A stretch of 63,380 nucleotides of DNA, filler included. It is 4 parts of 4 records of this genome, joined end to end, with 100 filler letters (N's around TTAATTAATTAA, not from the genome) between each part and the next. Parts side by side here need not be neighbours in the genome. Positions count along the whole stretch, not along the records: positions 31,972 to 44,083 come from SRR20825006_1119; positions 44,184 to 54,712 come from SRR20825006_1124; 2 more parts are not named here. One strand, written 5' to 3'. The notes below the pieces were generated by a model. That model did not search any database and had not been told where the DNA came from. It saw only the letters and a program-made list of their open reading frames with translations. Made by a program: the position numbers and the translations under genes. Each line of letters begins with the position of its first letter. The first letter of the stretch is position 1. Shown here in pieces: positions 42,730 to 51,574 of the stretch.

Positions 42730-44046
42730 GTGTCTCCATCGTTGTTTTTCGCTGCTATCTTCTGTGGAAGCTGCTTCCTTCTGTTCGTGGGTAGCGCCGA
42801 CGCGATCGAAGAATGGGAATGGAAACGACTGACGCGAAAACGGCTTCCGAAACTTCGCAGCGGCAAAGCGTTTGATGCTGCATCCGCGAAGTCGGTCGAT
42901 CAGTCTGCCGCGGCGTCGAAGACCGATATGACCAAACACCCGAACCGATGGAAAGGTTGGCGATCGGCGAGCGTGCAATCGGTCAAAGACGAATCCCCGG
43001 ATTGTCGCTCTTTCGTTTTCGTTCCGACCGACGGCGAACCGTTTCCATCATTCTTGGGCGGCCAGTATTTGACCGTCCGATTGAACGATCCTTCGACGGG
43101 CAAGAACGTTTCGCGTTGCTACAGCCTTTCAAGCGGACCCGATGAACCGCATTACCGAATCACGGTGAAACGGGTTCCGGGCGGGACGATGAGCAACTTG
43201 CTGCACGACACAATCGATGTGGGCGATCGGATCGAGATCCAAGCTCCCAAGGGCAAGTTCCATTACTCGGTGGAGGAGAGCCAAAGCCCCAATCCAGAGC
43301 CACTGAATTTGGTCGCCGCGGGCATCGGGATCACTCCGATGCTCTCAATGCTGTTTCAAAGTTTGAACGAACGGACGGACCGCGATGTCAATTTGTTCTA
43401 TCAAGTAAGAAACGTAGTCGATGCACCTTTCCTGGCACCGATTCGCGAGATCGCGAAAATGCTGGAAGCCACCACAGGAGTTCGCGTGCATCTTTGGTTC
43501 AGCAAACCGGAAGACGACGATTTGCGACCGGGTGACTCGGTTGGACGGTTGTCAGCGGAGCGGATCGTGGAACGTCTCGGTCATCACCGCGGCGAATATT
43601 TGATTTGCGGACCAGTTGTGTTCATGAACGCGATTGCCGAAGGGTTGATCGAGTGCGGAGCGTCCGCCGATCGTGTGATGTTTGAATCGTTTGGCGGCAA
43701 GTCTAAATCGGCGGGAGCGTTGGTGGTTCCGGCGTGCGACCCTTGTTCTGATGCGTCGGACATTGATGAATCAAACTCCGATGACGCTGTTGGCTGGAAC
43801 GTGACATTTCAAACCAGCGGGAAGTCGGCTTCGTTTGAGGCTGGAATGGACGGTTTGTTGGACGTGGCTGAATCATTGGACGTGGATGTCGATTCAGGGT
43901 GTCGTTCGGGAGATTGTGGAGCTTGCGTCCGTCGTTTGCTCTCAGGCGAAGTTCGTTATGCCGAGACACCTGAGTGCGACGTCGAAGATGGCGAAGCGGT
44001 CTTGTGCGTTGCCAAACCGGTCAGCGAAGTCGTCGTCGACGCTTGA
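42730..44046 (+). CDS. FAD/NAD(P)H oxidoreductase with C-terminal 2Fe-2S ferredoxin (Hcr/PaaE-like)
   Basis: RCYSLSS, G.MS, AAGIGITP, ICGP, ESF and CRSGDCGAC...C; hydrophobic N-terminus. Confidence 0.9.
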   Translation: MSPSLFFAAIFCGSCFLLFVGSADAIEEWEWKRLTRKRLPKLRSGKAFDAASAKSVDQSAAASKTDMTKHPNRWKGWRSASVQSVKDESPDCRSFVFVPTDGEPFPSFLGGQYLTVRLNDPSTGKNVSRCYSLSSGPDEPHYRITVKRVPGGTMSNLLHDTIDVGDRIEIQAPKGKFHYSVEESQSPNPEPLNLVAAGIGITPMLSMLFQSLNERTDRDVNLFYQVRNVVDAPFLAPIREIAKMLEATTGVRVHLWFSKPEDDDLRPGDSVGRLSAERIVERLGHHRGEYLICGPVVFMNAIAEGLIECGASADRVMFESFGGKSKSAGALVVPACDPCSDASDIDESNSDDAVGWNVTFQTSGKSASFEAGMDGLLDVAESLDVDVDSGCRSGDCGACVRRLLSGEVRYAETPECDVEDGEAVLCVAKPVSEVVVDA

Positions 44047-44053
44047 GCTTGCA

Positions 44054-44074
44054 GTAGGCCAGGTTGTACCTGGC
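44054..44074 (+). repeat. GTAG-tagged REP palindrome at the contig end
   Basis: GTAG-GCCAGGT-tgt-ACCTGGC. Confidence 0.7.
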
Positions 44075-44083
44075 GATCTGGCC

Positions 44084-44183
44084 NNNNNNNNNNNNNNNNN
44101 NNNNNNNNNNNNNNNNNNNNNNNNNNNTTAATTAATTAANNNNNNNNNNNNNNNNNNNNNNNNNNNNNNNNNNNNNNNNNNNN
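44084..44183. other. Artificial contig spacer
   Basis: N44-TTAATTAATTAA-N44. Confidence 0.99.
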
Positions 44184-44379
44184 TTATAATTGAAATTTAT
44201 ATTATCTATATTCAGCATTTTTACAGTGAATGGCTGGCGCTCTCCTGAATTTCTCTGAACATTCACACTTTAAGCGCTTGTGTTTACACAGATGCTACTG
44301 ACAAACCCCAGAGCATCGAGCAGACTCAAAGTCGACTGAAAACACCAGCGATCACTACCGACTACAGAAGCGAGCATTG

Positions 44380-45114
44380 ATGGGTTTCGTGCACAACCCT
44401 TCAGAACTGACCACGCGCATCCGGCTGATTCTGCTTGCCGCCGGGGTTACGCTTGCGTTGTCGGCCATGCCGTCCTTGTCTTCAGAAAGCCCGGTTTTCG
44501 CGCGCATCGACTTTGAACAGACCCACGCCCGCTGGGAACTCCAAAACGCCCAGAAAGACGATCAGGTGCTGAACGACTGGCAAGACCTGATCCAGCGTAT
44601 CCGGACATTGCCCACACGGGACAAGCTGGAGCAGGTTAATGGCTTCGTTCACCGGGTTCTCAGCTACCAGCTGGATCAGGATCTGTGGCAACGGGAAGAC
44701 TACTGGGCATCCCCCCTTCAGACACTAGCCAAGGGTCGCGGAGACTGTGAGGATTTCGTGATCATCCAGTACGTAACGTTGCTGAGTGCCGGTATACCTG
44801 ACGATCAACTCCGGCTTATCTATGTACGCGCCCGCCTCGGTGGGCCAGGCAGTCCGATCACTCGTCCGCATATGGTGCTAGGCTACTACCCGACACCCGG
44901 TGCCGAGCCTGTGCTGCTGGACAGCCTGATGGAAGATATCCTGCCGGCGCGGGAGCGCACTGATCTGACGCCGGTATTCAGTTTTAACAGCAGTGAGTTA
45001 TGGGCCGGTGGTGCGGGAGCCTCTGCCGGAAGTTCCACCGCACGGTTGTCGCCGTGGCGAGACGTATTGAACCGAATGAAACGTGAAGGAGTAAGCCTGA
45101 ATGTCTCTCGTTAA
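44380..45114 (+). CDS. lapG: Periplasmic transglutaminase-like cysteine protease
   Basis: DYWASP, GDCEDF (Cys), HMVL (His) and LDS (Asp); directly upstream of lapD. Confidence 0.92.
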   Translation: MGFVHNPSELTTRIRLILLAAGVTLALSAMPSLSSESPVFARIDFEQTHARWELQNAQKDDQVLNDWQDLIQRIRTLPTRDKLEQVNGFVHRVLSYQLDQDLWQREDYWASPLQTLAKGRGDCEDFVIIQYVTLLSAGIPDDQLRLIYVRARLGGPGSPITRPHMVLGYYPTPGAEPVLLDSLMEDILPARERTDLTPVFSFNSSELWAGGAGASAGSSTARLSPWRDVLNRMKREGVSLNVSR

Positions 45115-47017
45115 ACAGCTTTGGCTGCTAATCAGTTTTCTGATTGTCACCGCCTTTGCCGCCAGCCTGGCCGGCGGTTTGCTGTCCGCACAGGCTTACT
45201 ACCAGGAACAGTTGACCATCAAGAACATTGATAATGCCAACTCCCTCGCTATCACGCTGTCCCATACAGAGAAAGAACCGGCTCTGCTCAGGTCGTTTCT
45301 GGATGCCCAGTTTGCCACCGGTCACTATAAGCGAATCCGGCTAACCATGCCCGATGGCAACTCTATTGAACTGACTGGGCAGATTGAGACGAGTGACGCC
45401 CCCGAGTGGTTTCGGTCATTCTTCCCTCTCCGAGTATCCGCCGGGCGGGCCACCATAACGGATGGCTGGGTGAACTACGGCAGCCTGATTCTGGAAAGCG
45501 ATACCACCCACGCCCAGAACTCACTCTGGTCCACTACACGGCGACTGTTCATCTGGCTGCTGATGGTCGCGGTACTGGCCGGACTGGGTGGCTGTTGGCT
45601 GGTGCGGCGAATGAGCCGGCCTCTGAAGGGCCTGGTTGATCAGGCCGAAGCCATTGGTGCCAAGCGTTTCGTGACACTGAAAGAGCCGGCAACGGAGGAG
45701 TTCCGCCGCGTGGTGAGGGCCATGAATACTCTTTCGGGTCGCGTAAAAACCATGCTGGAGCGAGAATCCCAGGCGCTGGCAGACATGCGGGAAAAGGCCC
45801 TGAACGACCCGGTAACGGGTGTTGCCAATCGGGAATTTTTTACCAGCCGACTGGACAGCCTGTTGAGCGATTCAGACAAAGACACTCGACACACCCTGAT
45901 TCTGGTAAGAATCCCCAATCTGGCCGACCTTAATGCCGAGCATGGCCACAATACTGTCAATGAGGCACTGCGGGCATTCTGCCAGAGGTTGTCAGGCACT
46001 CTGCTGGGCAGTAGCGAGCTGTATTTCGACGATCTGTTCCTGGGCCGTCTCAACGGTTCGGATTTTGGCCTTATACTGACCGAATTCGATGAAACCAGGG
46101 CTCTCGATGAACACCTGTTCTCCATAGTGGCGGGACCGCTTGAACACCAGGCCCAGTCAGACCTGAGCTGGTCTGCCAGTATCTTCAAGGCAGGCGTGAG
46201 CCGCTCGGAAATTCTGATGAAGGCGGATCATTTGCTGGCGCAGGCTGAACAGAGCCAGGAACACGTCGCTTTCGATACTGAGTCCGGTGAGGCGATTCCG
46301 TTCCAGAGTGCCCAGCAATGGCGGGATGCCATCAACCAGGCTGTCAGCAACCAGAACGTACGCGCCGCTCTGCACCCGATGGTTCGTCCGGATGGCACCA
46401 TTATTCATCATGAGGCGAAAGTGCGGCTGAAACTCAATAATGAATGGCGCACAGCTGGCTACTTCCTGCCCTGGAGTCGCCGACTGTCACTGATGCCAAG
46501 TGTCGATGCCTCCATGCTAAAACATATGGTGAGCAGCCCGGATGTCCGGAACGACCTCCCCGTGGTTGTCCATGTTTCGACACAGAGCCTGGTCAGTGAA
46601 CAGACGCGAGCGCAGATATTGGAATGTCTCCCTGCGTCAGATCAACTCCCCGGCCAGTTCCACTTTGAAGTGCCGGAATCCATACTGGATCGGGACGACC
46701 AGTCATTGCGGTCATTTATTGACGAAATCGGACGCCACGGTTGCCAGGTAGGCATCAGCGGCGTTGGGCAGCATCTGGAAAATCTGCCAAAACTCCGCGA
46801 ACTGGGGCTGAGATATATCAAAACAGATCCCGCCTATGCGCAACGGTTGGCGTCAGACCACGGAACGCGGGAGTACATGCAGCGTATGACGGGTATCGCG
46901 CACGCGATTGGCCTGCCGATCTATCTGGCGGGGGCGAATTCTGAGGACATCGTTCTGGCAGCCTGGGAGCTGGGTTTCGATGGCGCAACCGGGCCGGGCG
47001 TGAACACTAAGGGCTAG
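45101..47017 (+). CDS. lapD: c-di-GMP receptor: periplasmic domain, HAMP, degenerate GGDEF and EAL
   Basis: MSLVKQLW, AP.WF, GW..YG, degenerate RLNGSDF and HEAKVRL. Confidence 0.92.
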   Translation: MSLVKQLWLLISFLIVTAFAASLAGGLLSAQAYYQEQLTIKNIDNANSLAITLSHTEKEPALLRSFLDAQFATGHYKRIRLTMPDGNSIELTGQIETSDAPEWFRSFFPLRVSAGRATITDGWVNYGSLILESDTTHAQNSLWSTTRRLFIWLLMVAVLAGLGGCWLVRRMSRPLKGLVDQAEAIGAKRFVTLKEPATEEFRRVVRAMNTLSGRVKTMLERESQALADMREKALNDPVTGVANREFFTSRLDSLLSDSDKDTRHTLILVRIPNLADLNAEHGHNTVNEALRAFCQRLSGTLLGSSELYFDDLFLGRLNGSDFGLILTEFDETRALDEHLFSIVAGPLEHQAQSDLSWSASIFKAGVSRSEILMKADHLLAQAEQSQEHVAFDTESGEAIPFQSAQQWRDAINQAVSNQNVRAALHPMVRPDGTIIHHEAKVRLKLNNEWRTAGYFLPWSRRLSLMPSVDASMLKHMVSSPDVRNDLPVVVHVSTQSLVSEQTRAQILECLPASDQLPGQFHFEVPESILDRDDQSLRSFIDEIGRHGCQVGISGVGQHLENLPKLRELGLRYIKTDPAYAQRLASDHGTREYMQRMTGIAHAIGLPIYLAGANSEDIVLAAWELGFDGATGPGVNTKG

Positions 47018-47349
47018 TCAAAATCGAAGAGGTCGTCGCCGGGATTGTCGATCAGGTTCAGATTGTCGGCGCCCCCGCGCATGGTTTTGCGTTCCATGAG
47101 CTTCTTCTGGGCTTCTGGGGGCAAGTCGGTGAAGCGCATGATGCCCTTGGCGGAGAGCAGATCCACCAGGTCCTCGATAACACGGATCAGCGAGGAGTCT
47201 GATTCCCGAAACCGCCGATTTCCGCCAAGGTCTGCCTTATCTGTAAGAAAGGCCTGGAGTTCCGGGTCTTGTAGGTCAACTTCTTCAAAACCGTCCAGGA
47301 AGTCTTCGCTGACCGCCACAATCCCCCGCTCGTCGCGTTTAACGTACAT
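47014..47349 (-). CDS. Small conserved T1SS/Lap-associated protein
   Basis: MYVKRD..G.....; SD..LIRVIEDLVDLL..KG...FTDLP.EAQ.KL..R. GGAGG RBS precedes ATG 47349. Confidence 0.75.
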   Translation of the reverse strand: MYVKRDERGIVAVSEDFLDGFEEVDLQDPELQAFLTDKADLGGNRRFRESDSSLIRVIEDLVDLLSAKGIMRFTDLPPEAQKKLMERKTMRGGADNLNLIDNPGDDLFDFD

Positions 47350-47986
47350 TCTCACCTCCGCCCTCACCTGCGTCGGAGGAACGCTGTCCGGTAACCAACA
47401 GCATCAGCTGCATACGGTCTTTGACACCTAACTTACGGAACACCGCCCCCATGTGTTCTTTCACGGTCCGCTCGGTAATGCCCAGAGAGTGCGCGATCAG
47501 GCGGTTGCTATCGCCTTTGGCCGCGCAGCGCGCCACCTCCTGCTCCCGGCCGGTGAGCATTGACAGGTCCGCCTCTTGCGCCTGGCGACCAGCCTGATCC
47601 AGCGCCCCGGATACCAGGCGCAACAGTGAACCCAGCAAATCTTCTGGAAACCACAGGCCGCCGGAGTTCACGCTCTCAGCCGCCTGGCGTATAACCTGAG
47701 CATTCGCCAAGGCAGGCAGGTAAGCCCGAGCCCCGCAGGCAAGTGCACGGTTCATTTCCGAGGAATCAGGTATTCGGGTCAGAACCAGCACCCGGCTGCC
47801 GGCCTCAGACCAACTCTGGCAGAGTGTCTGCCAGCCTGGAACATCGGCACTCAACCACAATAGAGCACCCTCATGCGGGGCGATCATGACGTCCGACGCT
47901 TCGCGAGGGTGGGCATCAGGCAGCACGCGATGCCAGTGGTCAAGAGGCGCAAAATTACGGTCGTACACAAGAAACGACAAAGACAT
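47339..47986 (-). CDS. LuxR/NarL-type regulator with degenerate receiver domain
   Basis: LTGREQEVA...G.SN..IA..L.ITERTVKEH...VFRKLGV.DR HTH. Confidence 0.9.
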   Translation of the reverse strand: MSLSFLVYDRNFAPLDHWHRVLPDAHPREASDVMIAPHEGALLWLSADVPGWQTLCQSWSEAGSRVLVLTRIPDSSEMNRALACGARAYLPALANAQVIRQAAESVNSGGLWFPEDLLGSLLRLVSGALDQAGRQAQEADLSMLTGREQEVARCAAKGDSNRLIAHSLGITERTVKEHMGAVFRKLGVKDRMQLMLLVTGQRSSDAGEGGGENVR

Positions 47987-47988
47987 GA

Positions 47989-49419
47989 TCAGCGCTCACT
48001 CATTGCTTGAGACGTAGCCCGTACAACCGGCTTCAACAGATAGTTCAGCACCGTTTTCTCCCCGGTGAGGATATCAACCTGGGCCGTCATTCCTGGAATA
48101 ATCGACAGCTTGTCAGAGAACCCCTGAGCTTCTGTCCGCAAGCGGATCAGATAAAAAGTATTGTCCTTTTCGTCAGTGATGGTGTCAGCACTGATGTGCT
48201 CCACCGTCGCTTCGAGCCCGCCAAAAACAGCGAAATCGTAAGCGCTGAATTTCACAATGGCCTGTTGGCCTTTGCGGATAAACGCAATATCTTTCGGTGA
48301 AATTTTCGCTTCTACGAGCAGCTCGTCGTTCAACGGTACAATTTCGACGACATCCTGCCCAGGTGAAACAACACCACCCTCGGTTTGGGCAAACAGGCGC
48401 TGCACGGTCCCATCAACCGGCGAGACAATTTGGGTTTTACTGACCCGGTCACCAAGGCCTTCCAGCGCATCTCGGATGGCCGCCAGTTCGCTTACCGCTT
48501 CCGAGAGCTGCTGGCGCCAGCGGTTGGTCATGACCAGCTCGGTCTCACGGATTTTCGACCGGGCTTCAGTGATGGCCGAGCTGGCGCGGGAAATGGCAGC
48601 ACCCGCCTGATTCACTTCGCCGCGGGCGTTGCTGATCTCCCGTTCCAGCTTGATCAGGTCCACTTCCGACACCGCGCCAGATGCCACCAGCGGCTTTTTG
48701 AGTTCCAGCTCTCTTGAGGCAAGATTAAGCACTTCCCGATACTGGGTCCGCGCAGATTCCGCTTCCCGAAGATCCGCCTGACGCTGTTCCAGCTGTTGCT
48801 GGTAGATCAGTTTTTGCTCTCGCAGCTCATCCCGGCTGTTCTCGAACAGGGAACGTTGCACCTGAACCAGTTCCGGGGCAGTTTCCTCAAACTCCGCCGG
48901 GAACTGAACATCGGTACCTTCGACGAGTGCCCGCAGGCGCACTATGTCTGCTTTCAGCGCCAGCTCCCGGGACTTCTGTTCTGCCAGATCCGAGGCAAAC
49001 CGGGTCGATTCAATACTGATCAGCAAATCGCCCTGGCTGACCAGGTCACCTTCCTGGACCGCCACTTCTTCGACTACGCCGCCATCAAGTGTCTGCATTA
49101 CTTGCAGTTGGCTGGAGGGAATCACCTTGCCTTCGCCTCTGGCAACTTCGTCAATCGGCGCCAGCGCCGCCCAGACGAGCAGGGCCAAGAAGGCTAAGAA
49201 CACCATCCAGAGCAAACCGCGGGCACGCATAGGTTCCTGCTGAACCCGGGCCCATTCGCTGTCAATTTCCCAGCCGCTGGTGTCAGGCACTTTCAGCCAG
49301 CGCCCGAAAATCCGATCAAACAGGCCCTCGGACTTGCGGCCCATACGGTCACTGCCACGCCCGATGCCGTGGAAACTTTTCTCTGCCAGGGTGCGTTCGG
49401 ACTTTTTTTCGTCGCTCAT
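47989..49419 (-). CDS. lapC: HlyD-family T1SS membrane fusion protein
   Basis: GEGKVIPS, SPVDG, GGVV.PG and PGM..QVDI.TG.KTVL.YLLKP. Confidence 0.93.
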   Translation of the reverse strand: MSDEKKSERTLAEKSFHGIGRGSDRMGRKSEGLFDRIFGRWLKVPDTSGWEIDSEWARVQQEPMRARGLLWMVFLAFLALLVWAALAPIDEVARGEGKVIPSSQLQVMQTLDGGVVEEVAVQEGDLVSQGDLLISIESTRFASDLAEQKSRELALKADIVRLRALVEGTDVQFPAEFEETAPELVQVQRSLFENSRDELREQKLIYQQQLEQRQADLREAESARTQYREVLNLASRELELKKPLVASGAVSEVDLIKLEREISNARGEVNQAGAAISRASSAITEARSKIRETELVMTNRWRQQLSEAVSELAAIRDALEGLGDRVSKTQIVSPVDGTVQRLFAQTEGGVVSPGQDVVEIVPLNDELLVEAKISPKDIAFIRKGQQAIVKFSAYDFAVFGGLEATVEHISADTITDEKDNTFYLIRLRTEAQGFSDKLSIIPGMTAQVDILTGEKTVLNYLLKPVVRATSQAMSER

Positions 49420-51551
49420 GACGCCCCCCGGATTTTGCCCTGACGGAGCGCTTCGACAACCGTTTCCTTGGCTCCATCGGCCACCACGCGCCCGCCATCC
49501 AGAACAACGATGCGATTAGCCAGCTCCAGCAACGAGGTACGATGGGTCACCATGATCACAGTCTTACCTTCTGCGGCCTTCGCGAGGCTGCGCTTGAAAT
49601 GCTCTTCACTGGAATGGTCCAGCGAGCCGCTGGGCTCATCCAGCAGCAGAATGGGCGGGTCACTCACCATGGCCCTGGCAATCGCCACTGCCTGGCGTTG
49701 TCCTCCGGACAGCCGTTGCCCCCCCTCTCCCACCTGAAGGTCAAAACCTTCCGGATGGGCATCTACAAACGCCTTCAGCCCACTGATCTCCGTCACCCGC
49801 AGCAGCTCTTCATGGGAGACCGGGCGCGACAGGGTGATGTTGTCCCGCAGGCTTCCGTAAAACAGCTCCACCGCCTGGGGCACATAGCCAATGTTACGGC
49901 GCAGCTCTGCCGGGTCGAGCTGTCGCAGATCCACATTATCAAGGCTGACACTGCCCGACCCCGGGTGATAGAGTCCCAGCAACAAACGCTGGAGCGTACT
50001 CTTGCCAGAACCGTTCTTGCCCAGAATGGCCACGCGCTCACCAGCTTTCAATTTGATGCTGGCGCCACTCAACGCCTGATGACCGGAGTCGGGATACTGA
50101 AATTCAACGTTGCGGAAGTCGATATCGCCTTTCAGCACAGGCCGGGAGACCCAGCTTTTCCCATCGGGGCGCTCCTGAGGCGTTTCCATGATTTCATCCA
50201 GAGCCCGCAGCGCTGTCGAGGCCTGGTGATACTGCGCCAGCAACCCTGCCGCCTGGCTAACCGGCGCCATGGCGCGGGATGACAACAGGTAGGCCGCAAT
50301 CAGCCCACCCTGGGTCAGTTCACCATCGATGATGAGATACACGCCAAGAATGATGATGGCCACAGACACCAGATGCTGACACCACTGAGCACCGTTCTGG
50401 ATGGTGGACGCAATAAACTTCAGCCGGGCGCTGACATTACTGATGTAGAGCGATGTACGCTCGTAGGAATGCTGAATCCGGCTTTCAACCCCAAAACTCT
50501 TCACCGACTCCAGATTCGACAACCCTTCCACAAGCGTGGCATTGCGCTGCGACCCGGCTGCCATGCTCTCTTCTGACAGTGCCCTCAAACGTCGTTGGGC
50601 GATGGACGCGTAGATCACCAGGCCAATAGCGCCGACAATCACCGGCACTCCCAGAGGCCAGCTAATCAGCATGATCACACCAAGGAAGAGCAGCACAAAC
50701 GGAAGATCAACCAACCCAACCACAGTCATTGAGCTGACAAACGACCGGACCGACTCAAAAGATTGGACATTTGCCGCAAAAGAGCCTGCTGACTGAGGCC
50801 TGTGACTGAGGCTGAGACCCAACACCCGCTCCATGATGGACGATGACAGTTTGGCATCAGCCCGACTGGCGGCCAGGTCAATGAACCAGCCACGCATCAG
50901 CCGCAGAGTCAGGTCGGCAGACAGCGCGATCATCAGCCCCACGGCCAATACCCAAAGGGTGTGAGTGGCATTGTTCGGAACCACGCGGTCATAAACGTTC
51001 ATCACGAACAACGGCATGGCCACGGCGAACAGGTTGATCATTAGCGCGGCAACGCAGATATCCCGGTACAACCGGCGGTTCTCAGCGATGACACCCCAGA
51101 ACCAGTGTCCTTTCCGGGCATTGGCCGTCTTCTGGGAACGCTGCTCGAACCGGAACTTGGGGCGACAATAAAGGACTTTTCCTGAGTAATCCTCCGCCAG
51201 GGCCTCCAAAGAGATCTCTGCATCAGATTCAGGCAATTCAGGGTGGATCAATGATGCAGTTCCCCGCTCGGCATCAACACCATCGATGATGCAGGCCCGG
51301 TCGCCTTTAAGAAGCAGCACGGCCGGAAACAGCGCAGAATTCAGGCTAGTTAGCGGCTTTCTCTCAATCTGACTGGTAAAACCCAAACGGGTCGCGGCTC
51401 GCCCGAAGGTAGAGGGAGTGAGGAGCCCCTCATCCAGGGGCAACCCAAAGGTAATGCTTTCCGCCGAAGCTGGCTGACCATGGAACTTGCAGATGATCTG
51501 CAGGCAGGTCAAAAGATGATCGGTGTGGTTTTCCTTTTCAGTCTGTTCCAC
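49416..51551 (-). CDS. lapB: T1SS ABC permease/ATPase with C39-like domain
   Basis: MNVYDRVVPN, GKNGSGKST, LSGGQRQ and LLLDEP. Confidence 0.95.
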   Translation of the reverse strand: MEQTEKENHTDHLLTCLQIICKFHGQPASAESITFGLPLDEGLLTPSTFGRAATRLGFTSQIERKPLTSLNSALFPAVLLLKGDRACIIDGVDAERGTASLIHPELPESDAEISLEALAEDYSGKVLYCRPKFRFEQRSQKTANARKGHWFWGVIAENRRLYRDICVAALMINLFAVAMPLFVMNVYDRVVPNNATHTLWVLAVGLMIALSADLTLRLMRGWFIDLAASRADAKLSSSIMERVLGLSLSHRPQSAGSFAANVQSFESVRSFVSSMTVVGLVDLPFVLLFLGVIMLISWPLGVPVIVGAIGLVIYASIAQRRLRALSEESMAAGSQRNATLVEGLSNLESVKSFGVESRIQHSYERTSLYISNVSARLKFIASTIQNGAQWCQHLVSVAIIILGVYLIIDGELTQGGLIAAYLLSSRAMAPVSQAAGLLAQYHQASTALRALDEIMETPQERPDGKSWVSRPVLKGDIDFRNVEFQYPDSGHQALSGASIKLKAGERVAILGKNGSGKSTLQRLLLGLYHPGSGSVSLDNVDLRQLDPAELRRNIGYVPQAVELFYGSLRDNITLSRPVSHEELLRVTEISGLKAFVDAHPEGFDLQVGEGGQRLSGGQRQAVAIARAMVSDPPILLLDEPSGSLDHSSEEHFKRSLAKAAEGKTVIMVTHRTSLLELANRIVVLDGGRVVADGAKETVVEALRQGKIRGAS

Positions 51552-51574
51552 CCTGTGTCCTATTTATCGACGCA

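Noticed and set aside
42730-47017. Functional link between the planctomycete reductase and lapGD, or between lapA and susC
   Set aside because: They are separated by artificial spacers and come from different organisms.
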